A stretch of DNA of 64,000 nucleotides from Octopus vulgaris. Taxonomy: Eukaryota. The stretch spans positions 92,132,001 through 92,196,000 of the forward strand of contig OX597822.1 in NCBI GenBank assembly GCA_951406725.2, given 5' to 3'. The notes beneath the pieces were generated by a model that worked only from the letters and a program-made list of their open reading frames with translations, searched no databases and had not been told where the DNA came from. The translations under genes were made by a program, and so were the position numbers. This document shows, piece by piece, positions 39,105-52,967 of this stretch (position 1 is the stretch's first letter; each line of letters begins with the position of its first letter).

Positions 39105-39470
39105 GGCACATGTGTGACTTTGTGGTAAGAAGTTTGCTTCCCAACTACATGGTTCCAAGTTCAGTCCCACTATGTAGCACCTTGGGCATGTGTCTTCTAC
39201 TATATATAGCCTCAGGTCAACCAGAACTGAAAGAAGCCCATTGTATATGTAATATATATCTGTGTGCGTTTGTCCCCAACCACCACTTGACAACCAATGT
39301 TGGTGTGTTTACATTCCTGTAACTTAGGTGTTTGGCAAAAGAGACGTATAGAATACGTATAAGGTTTTACAAAATATAAGTCCTGGGTGGCAATCCATTT
39401 GACTAAAAATTCTTCAAAGCAGTGCCCTAGTGTAGTTGTGGTCTAATGACTGAAACAAGTAAAAGGTAAA
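39105..39470 (+). mobile_element. SINE (6910 family, diverged)
   Basis: Head, body and tail are recognisable. Confidence 0.8.
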
Positions 39471-39499
39471 AGATATATACATCCATATGCATGTACATA

Positions 39500-40470
39500 C
39501 ACACTTTTTTTGATTTGGTGGATGATGAAACCAAATATGAAGAGAATGAAAGTGATAGTACTGTGAGAAATGAGGAAGGCAAGAATACACATTTTAGTTA
39601 ATCTTGTTACAAGGGACCCGTTCCTTGTCAATCTTACAGTAATTATTTTACCTGATTTTTCTTTGGTTAATTGTCCTAGTACAATCTAATGGAAGATTTT
39701 AGATCAATGGATTATTTTTTACAAATTGATATCTTAGACAAGTTTTAAAATAATGGTTGCTGAAATAAATCAATTTGTTGAACAATTAAAGTAAACAAGG
39801 AATGATAATAAATTGGCATGTGTCCACCTACATAAATTCAGTTAATTGTTAGCATTAATGTATTCATAAGGATGTGATAGTTGTCAAAAATAATTAATAA
39901 CTGAAACAGAGATGACCATTGGTGATAGTTACATAAATATTTATGTCCTACTGCATTATTTTTATGTGGCAGACCTCTGTCCAAACAAAACAATCGCACA
40001 ACTTGTGACATGTGGTGTGACCTGATTGAAACAAAACCCAAGAGTTGCCATATAAATTGCTTTCTAAATTTTTTTATTTCTCATGTTGAAAAGAGATAAA
40101 AATAGAGGAAGCAAGAGGTAATGTATATTGACAAAAATCATTTAGTAAACTTTACAAATCTATGTAGAGTTTGATGCCACAAGAAGACAGTACTGACATT
40201 TTGAACAAAGAATATTTTTGGAGAGAAAATTTGCTCAGCAGTATTTTATACTTGAAAAATATAAATGTTCTTTCTAATGAAGGTTTTGCTTGAAACATCA
40301 GGACTCACATCTTGTAAGGCATATAAACTTATTAAAATTTGAAGACTCTACTGACAACAGGTCGTCAGCAATTTATGCTTGGGAAATTGAGCAAAAATGC
40401 CTTGGGTATATCTGTGGAATAGACTAAATATTGTTATGGTGTCAAAGTTTACATTGGGAAAAGTAAAAAT
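39500..40470 (+). pseudogene. Highly decayed piggyBac transposase
   Basis: Acidic DDETKYEENESDS, MDYFLQ..IMVAEINQFVEQ and GRQQFMLGK...TKYCYGVKVYIGK fragments, in the expected order. Confidence 0.5.
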
Positions 40471-42393
40471 GTGTTAAAACCTTTAGATTTTATTCCAGTG
40501 TTTATAAAACATTGTTTTGTACAGTTTGATTTCTAATCATTATGAGATTGGAACCGTGAATCAAATGTCATGAAGTGCAGCCACCAGATGAGTTAATATC
40601 TTACAATTAATAAGTTATGTTTAGAAATTTCAAAAGACTTCTTGAATTTACATAGACCAATCCAAATATAAGGAACAAAAAGACTCTTTTAGTAATATGT
40701 TTACTGCACAAAAGAAAATCTCAGTTTAGTGAGCCTGTAACAACATATGTGGCATACACCAAAACCTATTTAATATGGCATACTATTATTTATATGGTGT
40801 TTTTTTTTCCAAATATATTTCAGATTCCTTTCTGTAATAATTACAATTTGGATAGACAATAATAAACCTAGAATTAATTTTCTACTTGCCCAGCTATCTT
40901 ACCCATGATTCCTATCAAGCATCATCATTGTTTTACATACGCCTTTCATGCTAGCATAAGTTGGACAGGTCATCACAGTCCAAGCCAGGTTCGGAACTAT
41001 GTTTCATCTGTTTTAATTTTTGGCATGGTTTCTATGGCTTGATGTCCTTCATGATACCAACCACCTCATTGTGTGTAATGGCTACATTTTCTTATTGCAT
41101 CAGGGCTAGAGTGGGTAGAAAATATTCTTCTAGTTGTAACTATTGAGATGACCATCTATCTGTTGACATTTTCCTATACATTTCAGTTATTATAACATAA
41201 TATATAATGCATAAATCAATACTATTTACATATAGAATCCCCACGTTTGAATAAGTTAATATTCCATGGTAGGCAGGATTGTTATATCTCTGCACAAAAC
41301 TCATATTTATTTAAATTTGTCAACTTTATTAAATGAATTTTGCAAATACACACACTATTATTCATTTCCTCAGACCCTTGTTTTCCTTTGCTAGATATTA
41401 AGATAGGAGATTATTATGGCAGCACTCTCTTCAGTATGTTCTCTCTCTCTCCTCCCCCTCTCTGTCTCTCTCTCCTCAACCCTCTCTCTTTTGTTCCAGA
41501 ACTGCTTTCACTCCTGAAGGGGAATTGCTTCCTTGGACTGTCTCTGCCAATATCAATTTCTGACTAATCTTGCAGGCCTTACATAGCAGTTGAGGCCATT
41601 GTGCCAGCTTGTTTTTGGTCTGTCTTGTAAAAGAAGAAGAAATACAAACAAAATTAATGTCTGATACTGTTGTATGTGTCTATTTTTTATTGTATCTAAT
41701 CTGAGTAGTATCATTTTGAATTTACATGTCAGACATTCAATACTGTTGTAAATGAGGGACTTCATTTTGTTTCATGTTTCTGTGTCAATGCCATACTTGT
41801 CTCTGATCAATCAGCTCAATCCAACTGGCAGTGAGTGGATGGAAGTAAGCAGTGATAATGCTAAAATTGAGTTCTGTTTCTTTAGTGCTGAGTTCTTGTG
41901 TTTATTGTGAAGGACGTTCTGACAGCATGGTACTCTTCTTCAATTCTATTGCAACCATACAATATAACGCTGGATGTAGTTCCATCTATTATGAGTTTGG
42001 AGCAGAAATATTTGTACATAAATACATTTTGTTTGGATGGTTTTTCTTCTAGGATTGACACATATTTTTTAATAAAATGATTTTTGACTGAATGCTTCAC
42101 CTGGTTTGTCTCTCAGCAGAACTGTTGCGATTATTTATAGAAGCAACGGAGAGTTAGAGTAGATTGGTAATAAGTTATACTTGAGTGGTTTCACAGGTTG
42201 GAAAGATTGCAGTATATGTTTATTTATAAATTCTTCCAAGACATACATTCCTGCTTGTTTTTTTCTTCTTTTTCTCATAACAACTTGTTTTAGTTATGCA
42301 ACTGCTCTAAAGGGTACTTGTCTCACATCCTAAAATGTAATAGTTCCAAACACATGATAAAAATAGCATGCATATTTGTAAATACATAATACT

Positions 42394-42425
<32 letters not shown>

Positions 42426-42668
42426 AATATATATATATATATTGAAATATTTTTGTATGGTTTTGATGTGTGTCTGTGTGCACACATGCATATACACTCA
42501 CACTTGTATTCTCACATACTAACTTCATTATTTTTTTTTTTCAATCCTATCTCTGATCCAACACAAGTGTATTATTAATTTTTTTGGGGGGAGGGTGGGG
42601 ATTAATAAACCAAGCTTTTTTTTCTTTTCTTTGGGGTGGGGAGTTATTTTTTTATTCTTTTTTTTTTT

Positions 42669-42875
42669 TACTTGTTTCAGTCATTTGACTGTGGCCATGC
42701 TGGAGCACCGCCTTTAGTCAAGCAAACTGACCCCAGGACTTATTCTTTGTAAGCCTAGTACTTATTCTATCGGTTTCTTTTACCGAACCACTAAGTTACG
42801 GGGATGTAAACACACCAGCATCGGTTGTCAAGCGATGTTGAGGAGGAGAAACACAAGCACACAAATATATACGCG

Positions 42876-42906
<31 letters not shown>

Positions 42907-43113
42907 TTATATATATATACATACATATACACATACACACATATATATACATACATATATATATAGATACAACGGGCTTCTTTCTGTTTCCGTCTACCAA
43001 ATCCACTCACAAGGCTTTGGTCGGCCTGAAGCTATAGTGGAAGACACTTGCCCAAGGTGCCACGCAGTGGGACTGAACCTGGAACTATGTGGTTGGTAAG
43101 CAAGCTATTTACC
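42669..43113 (-). mobile_element. Full-length SINE (6910 family)
   Basis: Reverse complement of 6910-7348. Confidence 0.9.
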
Positions 43114-44199
43114 AAGCTATTTACAGTAGATCCAGGGGACATTGAAGAAAAATGAGGCAATAATGGAGTGGTCAAAAGGGGATGATGGTTGGCAATACCT
43201 GTCTCTACTTTGCAATAGTACACTGAAGCTTAGAAAAGAGTGTTTAAAAATTGATCTGGGGAAATGTTTCCAGAAAACTAGCTTCGGGCAAGAACAGAGA
43301 AGTAAAATAAATAAAAACTCCAAAAGTTTACTGATGAAACTAGTCACAAAATTCCCAAGAGAACTTTGTAGAAAGGCTCTGAAGAAAAACAACCTCAACA
43401 ACAACAATGATAAGAACAACAGCAACACCAAAATGAAAGGAATATGTATGACACACACATATATATAAGAATATATATGACACATCAAGCTAAGTGAAAT
43501 CATAGTTATGGCCAGTGCCAGTGACACATAAAAGACACCTGTGCCAGTGACACATAAAAGACATCCAGTACACTCTGTGGACTTGTTGGCATCCAGCTGT
43601 AGAAACCAAGTCAAAACAGACTGGAGCCTGGTGCAGCTCTATGGCTTACCAGTCCCAGTCAAACCATCTTACCCATGCTGGCATGGGAAATGGACACTAA
43701 ATGAAGATGCTGATGATACACACACAAATACAACACCTTTATTTATTTACTTGTGTGTTTGTGTGTGTGTACTTGTACATATGTATAATAATGTACTTGT
43801 TCTTGTGTTAATGCTGTAAAAGATAGCAATGTCCAATAAGTTTTCCTTCGGGATCTGTTCTATGTAACACTTACCACTGACCACCTTCCTTAATACCAAT
43901 ACCAAATGTATGAGTGTGTGTGTATACACACACACACACACACACAACACACTCATGCATATATGGATAGAGGATGTCGCCAAATGTGTAAACAACATGA
44001 AATAGGAAAACAAGTTAAATACACGAACAATGAGAGAAAAATAAAAAAGGGAAATAGGACAAGTAACAAGGACAACGACCCGTCATCAGCTGTCGGCTGT
44101 CTATCTGCTCCTCATAGAGACATATGTGACAGATTTCAGCATATTTAATTCTAATTGAAATATCAGTCTGGATAATTTCTGTATATTAGTTATGAAGAA

Positions 44200-44757
44200 A
44201 CAGGAATAGTGTAAAAAGTACTGGTTTCACTTTAAAATGAAATTGAGCTGAGGCCAAAGCTAAGAAAGTCCTGTCAAGATTTTTTTTTATTGTGAAAGGA
44301 CATTTCTAACTGCTACCCGGCACTGTGCAACAAAGTCAAGATGTACTTTATTGCCTTCCCAACATCATATTCTGTAGAGCAGGGCTTTAGTGCAGTTCCC
44401 CAGATTCTTTCATAGCAAAGAAACACTGCAAATTACTGAATGCTGGAATCTAAGACCACTTCTTAGTACCTTTCAGCCAGATGTCAAGCAGCTGATATAT
44501 CCCTGCACAATGTACATCTATCACATGAAAAATATGTAAACAACGTAGTTACAGGTGAGTTGTACATTTACTCTTTCCTATTGTAAAAACAGCAAAATAA
44601 TGGATTAATTAGGTTGTTTTATTTATGAAATACAGTTGTTTTAAATTTGTAGTAGAAAGAGCTCTATGTTTATTGTAGTGTGTGTGGTGGTGGGGGCATT
44701 AGGAATGTGGCCTGGATGCCAGATGGGTGGCAGTCCAAAAATGTTTGGGAACAACTA
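44200..44757 (+). mobile_element. hAT (Charlie/Buster-type) 3' end
   Basis: YPALCNKVKMYFIAFPTSYSVEQGFSAV, a dimerisation-domain motif, and terminal AAAATGTTTGGGAACAACTA resembling a Charlie TIR. Confidence 0.75.
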
Positions 44758-45154
44758 TTATACTTATTCATGATGATATTAGTTATGAGGTTAGAAGGTA
44801 CAATATTTAGTGTAAATGTTATTCACACTCATAGTTTTTTTTTTTTTTTTGCTAGAATACTCTACTATTTCACATTTAATCTTGTTCTCTCATGAAATGT
44901 TTATGTTGACATCCAAATAAGTTATAATTAAATTTGAATTCATGCCATCCATCTATTTACAAAATTAGTGATTCATATTTAGTAAGAATGTATGTGTCAG
45001 TGGAATGTTTCTGCATAACAATTTATGTCTATCTGTGACATGCTGCACCAATGTGTGTTCTTTTATCTTCTAACAAACTTCATTTATCAAAGATACACCA
45101 AAAAAAGTAGGACTTTCAATCCTCTTTTCAGGTGAACTGAAACAAAATATGATG

Positions 45155-45313
45155 CACAGGCATGGCTGTGTGGTGAGAAGCCTTTCTTCTCAACCACATA
45201 GTTCCAGGTTCAGTCCCACTGTGTGGTACCTTGAGCAAGTGTCTTCTATATCCTCAGACTGACCAAAGCTTTGTAAGTGGATTTAATAGACAGAAACTGA
45301 AATAAGCCCATCA

Positions 45314-45344
<31 letters not shown>

Positions 45345-45540
45345 GTGTGCGTGTGTCTGTGTTTGTCCCTCCGACATTGCTTGATAACTGATGCTGGTGT
45401 GTTTATATCCCACGTAACTGAGCAGTTTGGTAAAAGAGACTGGTAGAATATGTACTAGGCTTACAAAGAATAAGTCCTGGGGTCAATTTCTTTAACTAAA
45501 ACCCTTTAAGGTAGTGACTGAAACAAGTAACAGAATAAAA
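45155..45540 (+). mobile_element. SINE (6910 family)
   Basis: Head, body and tail are recognisable. Confidence 0.85.
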
Positions 45541-47436
45541 AATATATTGACCGTAACAAGGTTTGTATTCAAGGTTTTGAATTCTTGTAAGTCAACTGAA
45601 TTTCTGTTCTGTTCCAAATGAAATAACTCTTTAAATTTTCTTCATTGTAATCAGTGTTTTGAACAGTGATGATAAAAACTTGCTCTTTGTAACAAGCATC
45701 ATTGTTGGCTTAATGTTAAGTTTGTTTTTGTTTTTTTATGAGAGGTGGGAGTTTACTAGGCAGCGTGGTTGGGGGCACCCTTAAAATGGTGTTTTTACCC
45801 TGTCTTTATCTTTACATCTGTAGGGTTTATCTTTCGAAGGTAAAATATTGCCAACCGTACCAGATTTTTAATCCCTTCTCACCCCTTTTTCTACAGCTAA
45901 CTCACAGCATAGCACTTTTCCACCCATGCAGCAGCATCTTGTATTACAACCAATCTATCAAATAATATCGACATTTAATTTCCAAACATTTAGAAGCAAT
46001 TAAGTCTATTTACAAATAATAATTATTACAACTGGCTAAGTGTTACTTTCACAAGTATCAAGCATGCATGTATAAGAGGAAAAAGAGAGTGTGTAATAGA
46101 TATATACAGATAGAGAGAGAGCATCAACACACAGTGGCTATCTACCCGGTAGTATGAGTATATCAGTACTTTTTCTTTTTTTAAGGAGCATTACATATTA
46201 TCAGATTGTGCTAAAGGTTATTGGACTGTTATTTTAAAAATTTCCTTTTCACTAAAATTCTGTTTGTGACTATACAACATTGTTTTACCATTTTAAGGAT
46301 TTAGATTGTTATTGAATTTTACATTAAATTAAGTTATACTTAGAATGGTCATCTGTAATACCAGGAACCATCCGAAATTCTGTTAAACACGAAAAAAATG
46401 TTTTGAGTTTGTAGAATAGTTTCTTTTTTTTCCGACTTCTGTTAGGAATAGTTAACATTAAAAGTATAAAGGGCTATGAAAGAACATACTTATATGTGGA
46501 TGCATGTGCGTGCACACATCCACCCACCCACCCACACATAGCATACAGAGTAATTTTGAAAATTAGAACATTTTCTTTTTCAATTTAAGATAAATAAATG
46601 GATAGGATTCTTGTAGAGATTCCATTTTTATTTTCCTGCCACAGATATTTACTATTCTAAGCTTCTGTTAATCTTAAACATGTAGCCTAAAGTCAAATAA
46701 AAAGCATTATTGTGTGCAGTTGGTGAGCTGGCAGAATCATTAGCTTGCCAGGCAAAAATACTTAGTGGTATTTCATTCATCTTTGTTCTGAGGTCAAATT
46801 CCACCAAGCTTTGACTTTCATCTTTTCTGGGTCAATAAAATACGACTTACCCACTCTCCACAAATTTCCTATTGTAGAAAGGATTGTGTGACACTAAATA
46901 TCCTCTTATGAGATAGTCATTTTACATACTGTGTTGCAATTATTTACTTCCTTTTTGCCTCTCTAGTTTTACTTTTCTCCAAATGCCTTTGCTTTTCTTA
47001 TCCTCCAGTAATCAAACTGAAATTTGCATGCAAATGGCAAATTCATTTTACTTTTAGCTATTTTCTATAATGTGTACAGCAGATGGTTAAAATTGTTTTC
47101 TTCTCCTCTTGACTTTTATAAAAAGATCTTTATTATTATTTTGTTTCCTGTTTATGCCTCAGAGCATACATAGTTATGAACTACAGAAATCTTTGTAATG
47201 TTTCCTTCTTCTTTGTTAATAGAAGTGGCATAGGGTACAAGCCTGCTAATGTGTTAATTTATAAGTATCTTTAGAACAAGTGTTTTATACTAAGATCCAC
47301 TTGAAAAAAAAACTAGTCATTTTAAAGTTGGAAATACAAAAACATACATGCCTTGAAGAAATCAACAAAAGGGTCTCTATCCAGTTGCTTGAAGTAACAA
47401 CTAAGTCGCTGTCACATGATATTCTGCTGTTTTTAA

Positions 47437-47657
47437 CCCTTTAGCATTCAGATTACTCTGTCAAACTTAATACTTAATAATTTACATTGTTTTGAATTAA
47501 TCATGCATTAACTTGTAACTTTAAGATTTCACCACTGTGATTTTATATTTTTAGAATGAAATTGTGGGGTAGATGTGAGAGGCCAGATTTCAACAGTTTG
47601 AACATAAAACAGATAGAATATTTGGAGCTGGATATGGCCAGTTTAAATGCTAAAGCA
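47437..47657 (-). mobile_element. 221-bp piggyBac MITE related to family 2
   Basis: TTAA|CCCTTTAGCATTCAGA ... TAAATGCTAAAGCA|TTAA. The ends resemble the ends of 34657-36386. Confidence 0.8.
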
Positions 47658-48381
47658 TTAAATTAAAAAAAGAAAAAAAGGAAAGATACATTGTAAAATT
47701 TAGTTCTGGATACATTTTTGTTTGGAAAACAAAAATTGGATGGTCATGGCTGAACCATCTTCGATCGTAGGGCTGCTTTATCAGGACTGATCTGAAACTA
47801 AATGACAACAGCACACTTTGAATGCTGAGTCATACATTGTACCAGTTAAACCACCTCGTTCTCCTTGTGCAATTTTTTTAATGTTATATGGGAATAGATT
47901 TATAGATAAGAAGAAATGGAGAGCTGTGGCTTCCATGACTTCCTACAGCAGCTTTAATAATCAACAATATATAAGGCAGGCTATACAACACCATGTAATG
48001 TAATCTCTAATGGATCAGATACCCTAATCTATTATATATGTACTATCAATTTCTCGCATGTATGAACAATCATACAATTTACTGAGATGACACACGAAAA
48101 CTGTCAAGAAAGCCTGGGCTATTACCAAAACCAGAATTTAATATTTCAGCTGATTGCTTGGAGTGTCAAATAATGGCTTAACTGTTGCTTGTGCAATGTT
48201 TTATAATGTTCAACAGTTGAGCTCAACTTGATTTCCATTTCAATAACCACCGTCTGTAAGCAGGATGCTTCTATTAGCTTGTTTTACATGAAATGTCGCA
48301 TTTTTAATGTGTATATGTGTGTAAATATATGTATATATATATATATGTGTGTGTAAATATATGTATATATATATATATGTG

Positions 48382-48429
<48 letters not shown>

Positions 48430-49199
48430 ATTTGATCTAGTTTTGGCTCATGAGCTGTTGCCATGCTGGGGCATTTTGCTACATAATTTAATTTCACTAA
48501 TGCTTTAAAGAAATTGACATTTGGTGCATCAGGGAGTTAGATACCGCTGCCCTCATCTACATCTCCTACCGTGAAACTGGCTCATTTGGGACCCTTGACA
48601 GTGAGAGGTCCAGTTTCAGTTTGAAGGCACCTATATCCACCCTATGCAAAATCGAGCATGTATAAAGTTCTACAAATTATATTTGGGTATATCCTTTCAA
48701 ATGCCTTCACTTTGGCGTGCTGAGGCCGGAAATTACTCTGCAGTTAATAAATTTCAGCAGCCAATTTACTGGTTAAAGAACATTTTTTTAATTTAAAATT
48801 AAATAATAAGGGTAGAAATAACCAGTGGCTTAGCATATTTAAAAATCCGGTTGAGCGTTCTATATCTATTTCTGGAAATTGTGTTTTGTAAGTGACAGAC
48901 TATGCTGAGGATCTTGCAGGTATCTGCGTGTTTATATATGTAGATATTAACAAATGAAACCAATTGGTACGTAGGTGATCGTTTTTATTTCGTATGTTTT
49001 CATTTGTCTTTCTCATTTTTACGTTTTGGTGTTTTGCTGAGATTTTTTTCTTGAGAATACATTCTTCATGGTAATGGCGATTTGACGTGTATGTTTAGCA
49101 TATAGGGTGTCCACTTTAGTGGTCATTCCTCTTAATTTTGTATCTGACACAATTTTCAAACTTCAGATTTTTAAATATGCTATGTCTCTGGATTTAATT

Positions 49200-49395
49200 G
49201 GTGTTGAGAAACTGGTCATTCTTGTTGTGTAAAAGAAAAGAAGAGGACACTTCAAAACGGTGGTTTTTTTTGGTTGTCGCTCAATTCGTGCGGCACCCAT
49301 TTCTCAAGTATTTTTTTTTTCCAAGTGGTTGGAAACTGTCGTATACATTATGTCTAATTCAGAAGCAAGCTCTCGAACAGTTGTGTATGGATGGA
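49200..49395 (-). mobile_element. Mariner transposase N-terminal fragment
   Basis: TTVRELASEL..YTTVSNHL, frameshift, then LEKWVPHELSDNQK with the WVPHEL motif. Confidence 0.85.
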
Positions 49396-51308
49396 CTATG
49401 AGAATGAGTGTTAAGTAAAGGGAAATTACCCAAATAGGGAGAAAGTAAAAGTAATCGAAGTTAAAACCATGCTCATAGAATCTGTATATGTGCACATGTG
49501 CATATATGTATATACTCACTTACACTCGCGTGAAATACATACAGAAACAGCCACACACACATGTATGCATACACGTACATGCACAAAAATGCAGGGTGAA
49601 AAGTAATCTACAGAAAAAAATATATAGATATATAAAACTATAAGATATATAAAAATATATATAACTATATTTAAAAATATAAATATATATATATGTAAGA
49701 AATGAAATGCTCGTATGCGGACACAATATAAAAAGCAGGTTCTATCTTTGATCTTGGTGGGGGACCAAAATCGTAACAAATATTTAGCCATATGTAGAAA
49801 TGATCTGAAGAGTTCAGTTCTTGAATTTAGACATGTAGCGGGGTCTAAGGAGCTTTTCCAGCTGAGCCATCTTTCCATGTCACAAAGACCACACTTTCCA
49901 CTGCCATTGGTGTAAGGCTTACACTTGGCTAAGATCTTCCAATGAATATTATAATTGACACCTTTTTCTTTTAAGGACCATATATGACAGGATAATTTGG
50001 TTGTTTTTCTTTTTTCCCAGTGTCTGAAGCTCAAGGTGTGATTGTTGAGCCTGGCTTTGAAATTCCCCTCTGTGAGGCCCACATATTTCTTTGACGAAAC
50101 AATGTCCTTAGTGGTAGTAGAGTCTATGGTGACTTCATAAATGATGGTCTCGGACATGCAAGCTCGATTTAGTAGGCACAAATTTTTATTCCTGCATGAA
50201 CAGCTGGTTTTATTTTGTTGTTTTTGTGTGTGATATTATATTTTTAAAATTAGTAGTTGAGCTAAAACTAATTTTTTAGTTATGTCTATTGAAGAACATT
50301 CTGTAACTAAGATTGATTGGAAAATGCCTATCTATAAGTAATAAGAAATATTTACCTATATTAAAGGTCACTTTGGGTGAGTAAGGGGGTGTGAACCAGA
50401 TAGTTTTCCTATTCCTATTCATCCGTTTCTTTATTGCTGGACTGGTAACAAGTGTATAGGCTATTTCCTCACTAAATCCACTATCTTTTAGAGCTTTATT
50501 ATATATTGGTGCAACACTATTAAAAATGTTTCTATCAGAGGAGAGGCTAGATAATCTCTTGCTATTGTTTTTAACTAAATTCTTAAACACTATGGGGAGA
50601 TGGCTGGAACCTACATTAATATAGCTAATTCTATCATTGGGCTTCTTATAAGGTTTGTAAATATTCTTATTTAAATCTAAGGATACACCTAGGATATTGA
50701 CAACCATTAGGTTGGTATCTGCAGTTATACTAAGACCGAATGTTTTCATCATTTGGATACTGTCCTTCCTAAACTGAACTTGTGCTGGTCCATTGGTATT
50801 TGTGGATAAAGCTAGGGCATCATCTTTGTAAATGGCAAAATATTTAGCAGGAAAAGTTTTGCCCAATGTATCGGGTAGGAACAGTGCAATGAGATCACAT
50901 ATGCCTGCTCCATCATATGACCCCATACTCACATTAAAAGCACCCTCTGTATTGGTAGTCTTGACTCACTCTACGCTCTCACTGAAGTGTAAAGTCTTTC
51001 TAGCGTGGAAAATTCTATGAGCATGGTTTTACCTTCGAGTATTTTTACTTTCTCCTTATTTGGGTAATTTCCTTTTACTTAACAGTCATTCTCATAGCTC
51101 TTTTGTTTGTCTTAATAACGGTAATCTTCTTTGTGATTTCTGTTTATTTAATGGTCATTTTCATAGCATTTTTGTTTGTCTTAATAACTGACGAGATGTT
51201 GGAACAGACTTCTGCCCTGACATCTGAAACTCTGAGTTTTATTATGGCAACCGACTAATTGTTACATTTTATATTATAAATTCCTCTATTTACATAATAT
51301 CGAGGTCT
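49396..51308 (-). mobile_element. 5'-truncated PLE (RT + GIY-YIG) with an inverted pLTR at its 5' end
   Basis: RT: HARKTLHF..MGSYDGAGICDL..YKDDAL..YKKPND..YINVGSSH..IWFTPPYS. Endonuclease: CSCRNKNLCLLNRAC..IIYE..YVGLTEGNFKARLNNH..CGLC. 51012-51097 is an inverted copy of about 49396-49481. Confidence 0.92.
51182..51244 (+). ncRNA. Type-I HHR in the inverted pLTR
   Basis: TAATAA-CTGACGA-GATGTT...GACATC T-GAAAC TCTGA GTT^-TTATTA. One extra base at the foot of stem II. Confidence 0.75.
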
Positions 51309-52264
51309 CATGGTGTCATTATTATTATTAATATAGTTATGTATGTATGTATGTAACTAGATTTAATTAATATATTTTTATCCCACCTCTGGGCATTTAT
51401 TTTTGCTGTTGAGGCTTACGTCGTAAAATGCTTATCTCAAGGTTATTTTTCTCATAGGATCAACCAGCCTGTGGCCTTGGCATCTATTATACCCATTATT
51501 TCCTTTATATTGTTTGTTTTGTTTTATAATAATAGAAATTATTTACCTTTATGTTTATGTAAATCTTTCGTAGGCTTAATTAGACACTGGGGTTATCTAG
51601 GAGTTTCATTATTTGGTATTATTTTAGCATGTGACTTGGCTATTCTATTCCATTTCTGCCCTGTAGAGCATCTATTTGATACATATTTCTTACATACCGG
51701 TATATACTTAATTTTTACTATTTGCTATATACAAAGTTTAGCCATATTTTTTCCCTAATAATCACGAACCTGTTGCCTCCCCTTAACCACTAAACCGATT
51801 GTCTTATTATGCTTCCCTCTCACATGTTATACCATTAAGAGGCTGAAGAACATTTGTGGCCCTTAAATTCTACACATTGTTTTATCTCCCTTGCCTTTTT
51901 CTCTCCTTTCTTTTTCTTGTTTATTTATAAACAAATCCTTTGTAACAGTTTTAACCTGTGACCTGTTTCAAATTCTTACTGACCAATATAGAGACCGCTG
52001 GACTTAGACTTACTCCATTCTGGACTATAGGGGGAATTCTTGGTATTAATTTCCTTTGAGTAAATTTTTTTATTTAGCAATCTACATCAATTGTTTTCCT
52101 TTACTTAAGTTTACTCTGTTAACATAGGTTTGACCTTTGAGAATTATGTTAGTATCTTCTTTACATATAGCTTACCTAGTATATTCGGCTTCTAGACTAT
52201 TTGTTTAAGCTATGTTTTCTTTCCTTTTCCTTCTTCCTTTTGTTTATATTGTATGCTCTTCTTT

Positions 52265-52892
52265 TTCACTCTGATGAAGATCTACTGCCTTAATTTGAAT
52301 GCTCTATAAAGAATTTTATTCTTGCATTTATATATAGACTGCATTCTGGTAATCTGATTAGAAACAGCTGTTAAGCCTTGTTATGTCTTGGACTGTATCA
52401 AGCTTTAAAATGTGGTATGTGAGTTCAGGTCTCATAGCTGGCTGGTAACGATTATTTCTGCAATTTATGGATAGTTTATCCTGTTCATGCTAGTGTATTA
52501 GCATTATCATGGGTTTGAGAAAAAATTATTTCTGTATCTTTCAGTACACCTCAACACTTCTGAAGGAAACTTTGTTTACTTTCATTGTAAGTTGAATTTA
52601 ACGTTAGCATCTTATAAAGCTAGTTTTATAAATCCTAAAATTGCAGAACAATTTGTTACTGGACAGTTTAGCTTAAAGGTAAAGCACTTGATGTGTAAAC
52701 ACGGGGATTTGAGTCTGAGTCTCATGGCTGGCCGGTAACGATTTTTTCTGCAGTATATGGGTAGTTTATCCTATTCGTGCTATTGTATTAGCATTATCAC
52801 GCATTTGAGAATAAGCTGTTTCTGTATCTTTCCATATATCTCAACACATCTAAAGCAACCTTTGTTAGTTTACTTTCATTGTAAGTTGAATA
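52265..52892 (+). repeat. ~290-bp diverged tandem duplication preceded by a decayed HHR
   Basis: CTCAT.GCTGGC.GGTAACGATT at 52431 and 52721. CTGATGA...GAAACAGCTGTT at about 52271-52373. Confidence 0.6.
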
Positions 52893-52902
52893 TAGTTTCA
52901 TA

Positions 52903-52951
<49 letters not shown>

Positions 52952-52967
52952 TTATGTATAAATATAT

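Noticed and set aside
41700-42100. Minus-strand ORF with VILYGC, as an exon or old LINE
   Set aside because: Only a faint resemblance to an RTE LLYGCE motif; too decayed to call.
44075-44115. Minus-strand CTGATGA in a pLTR-like context
   Set aside because: No stem II or GAAA follows, so it is at most a remnant.
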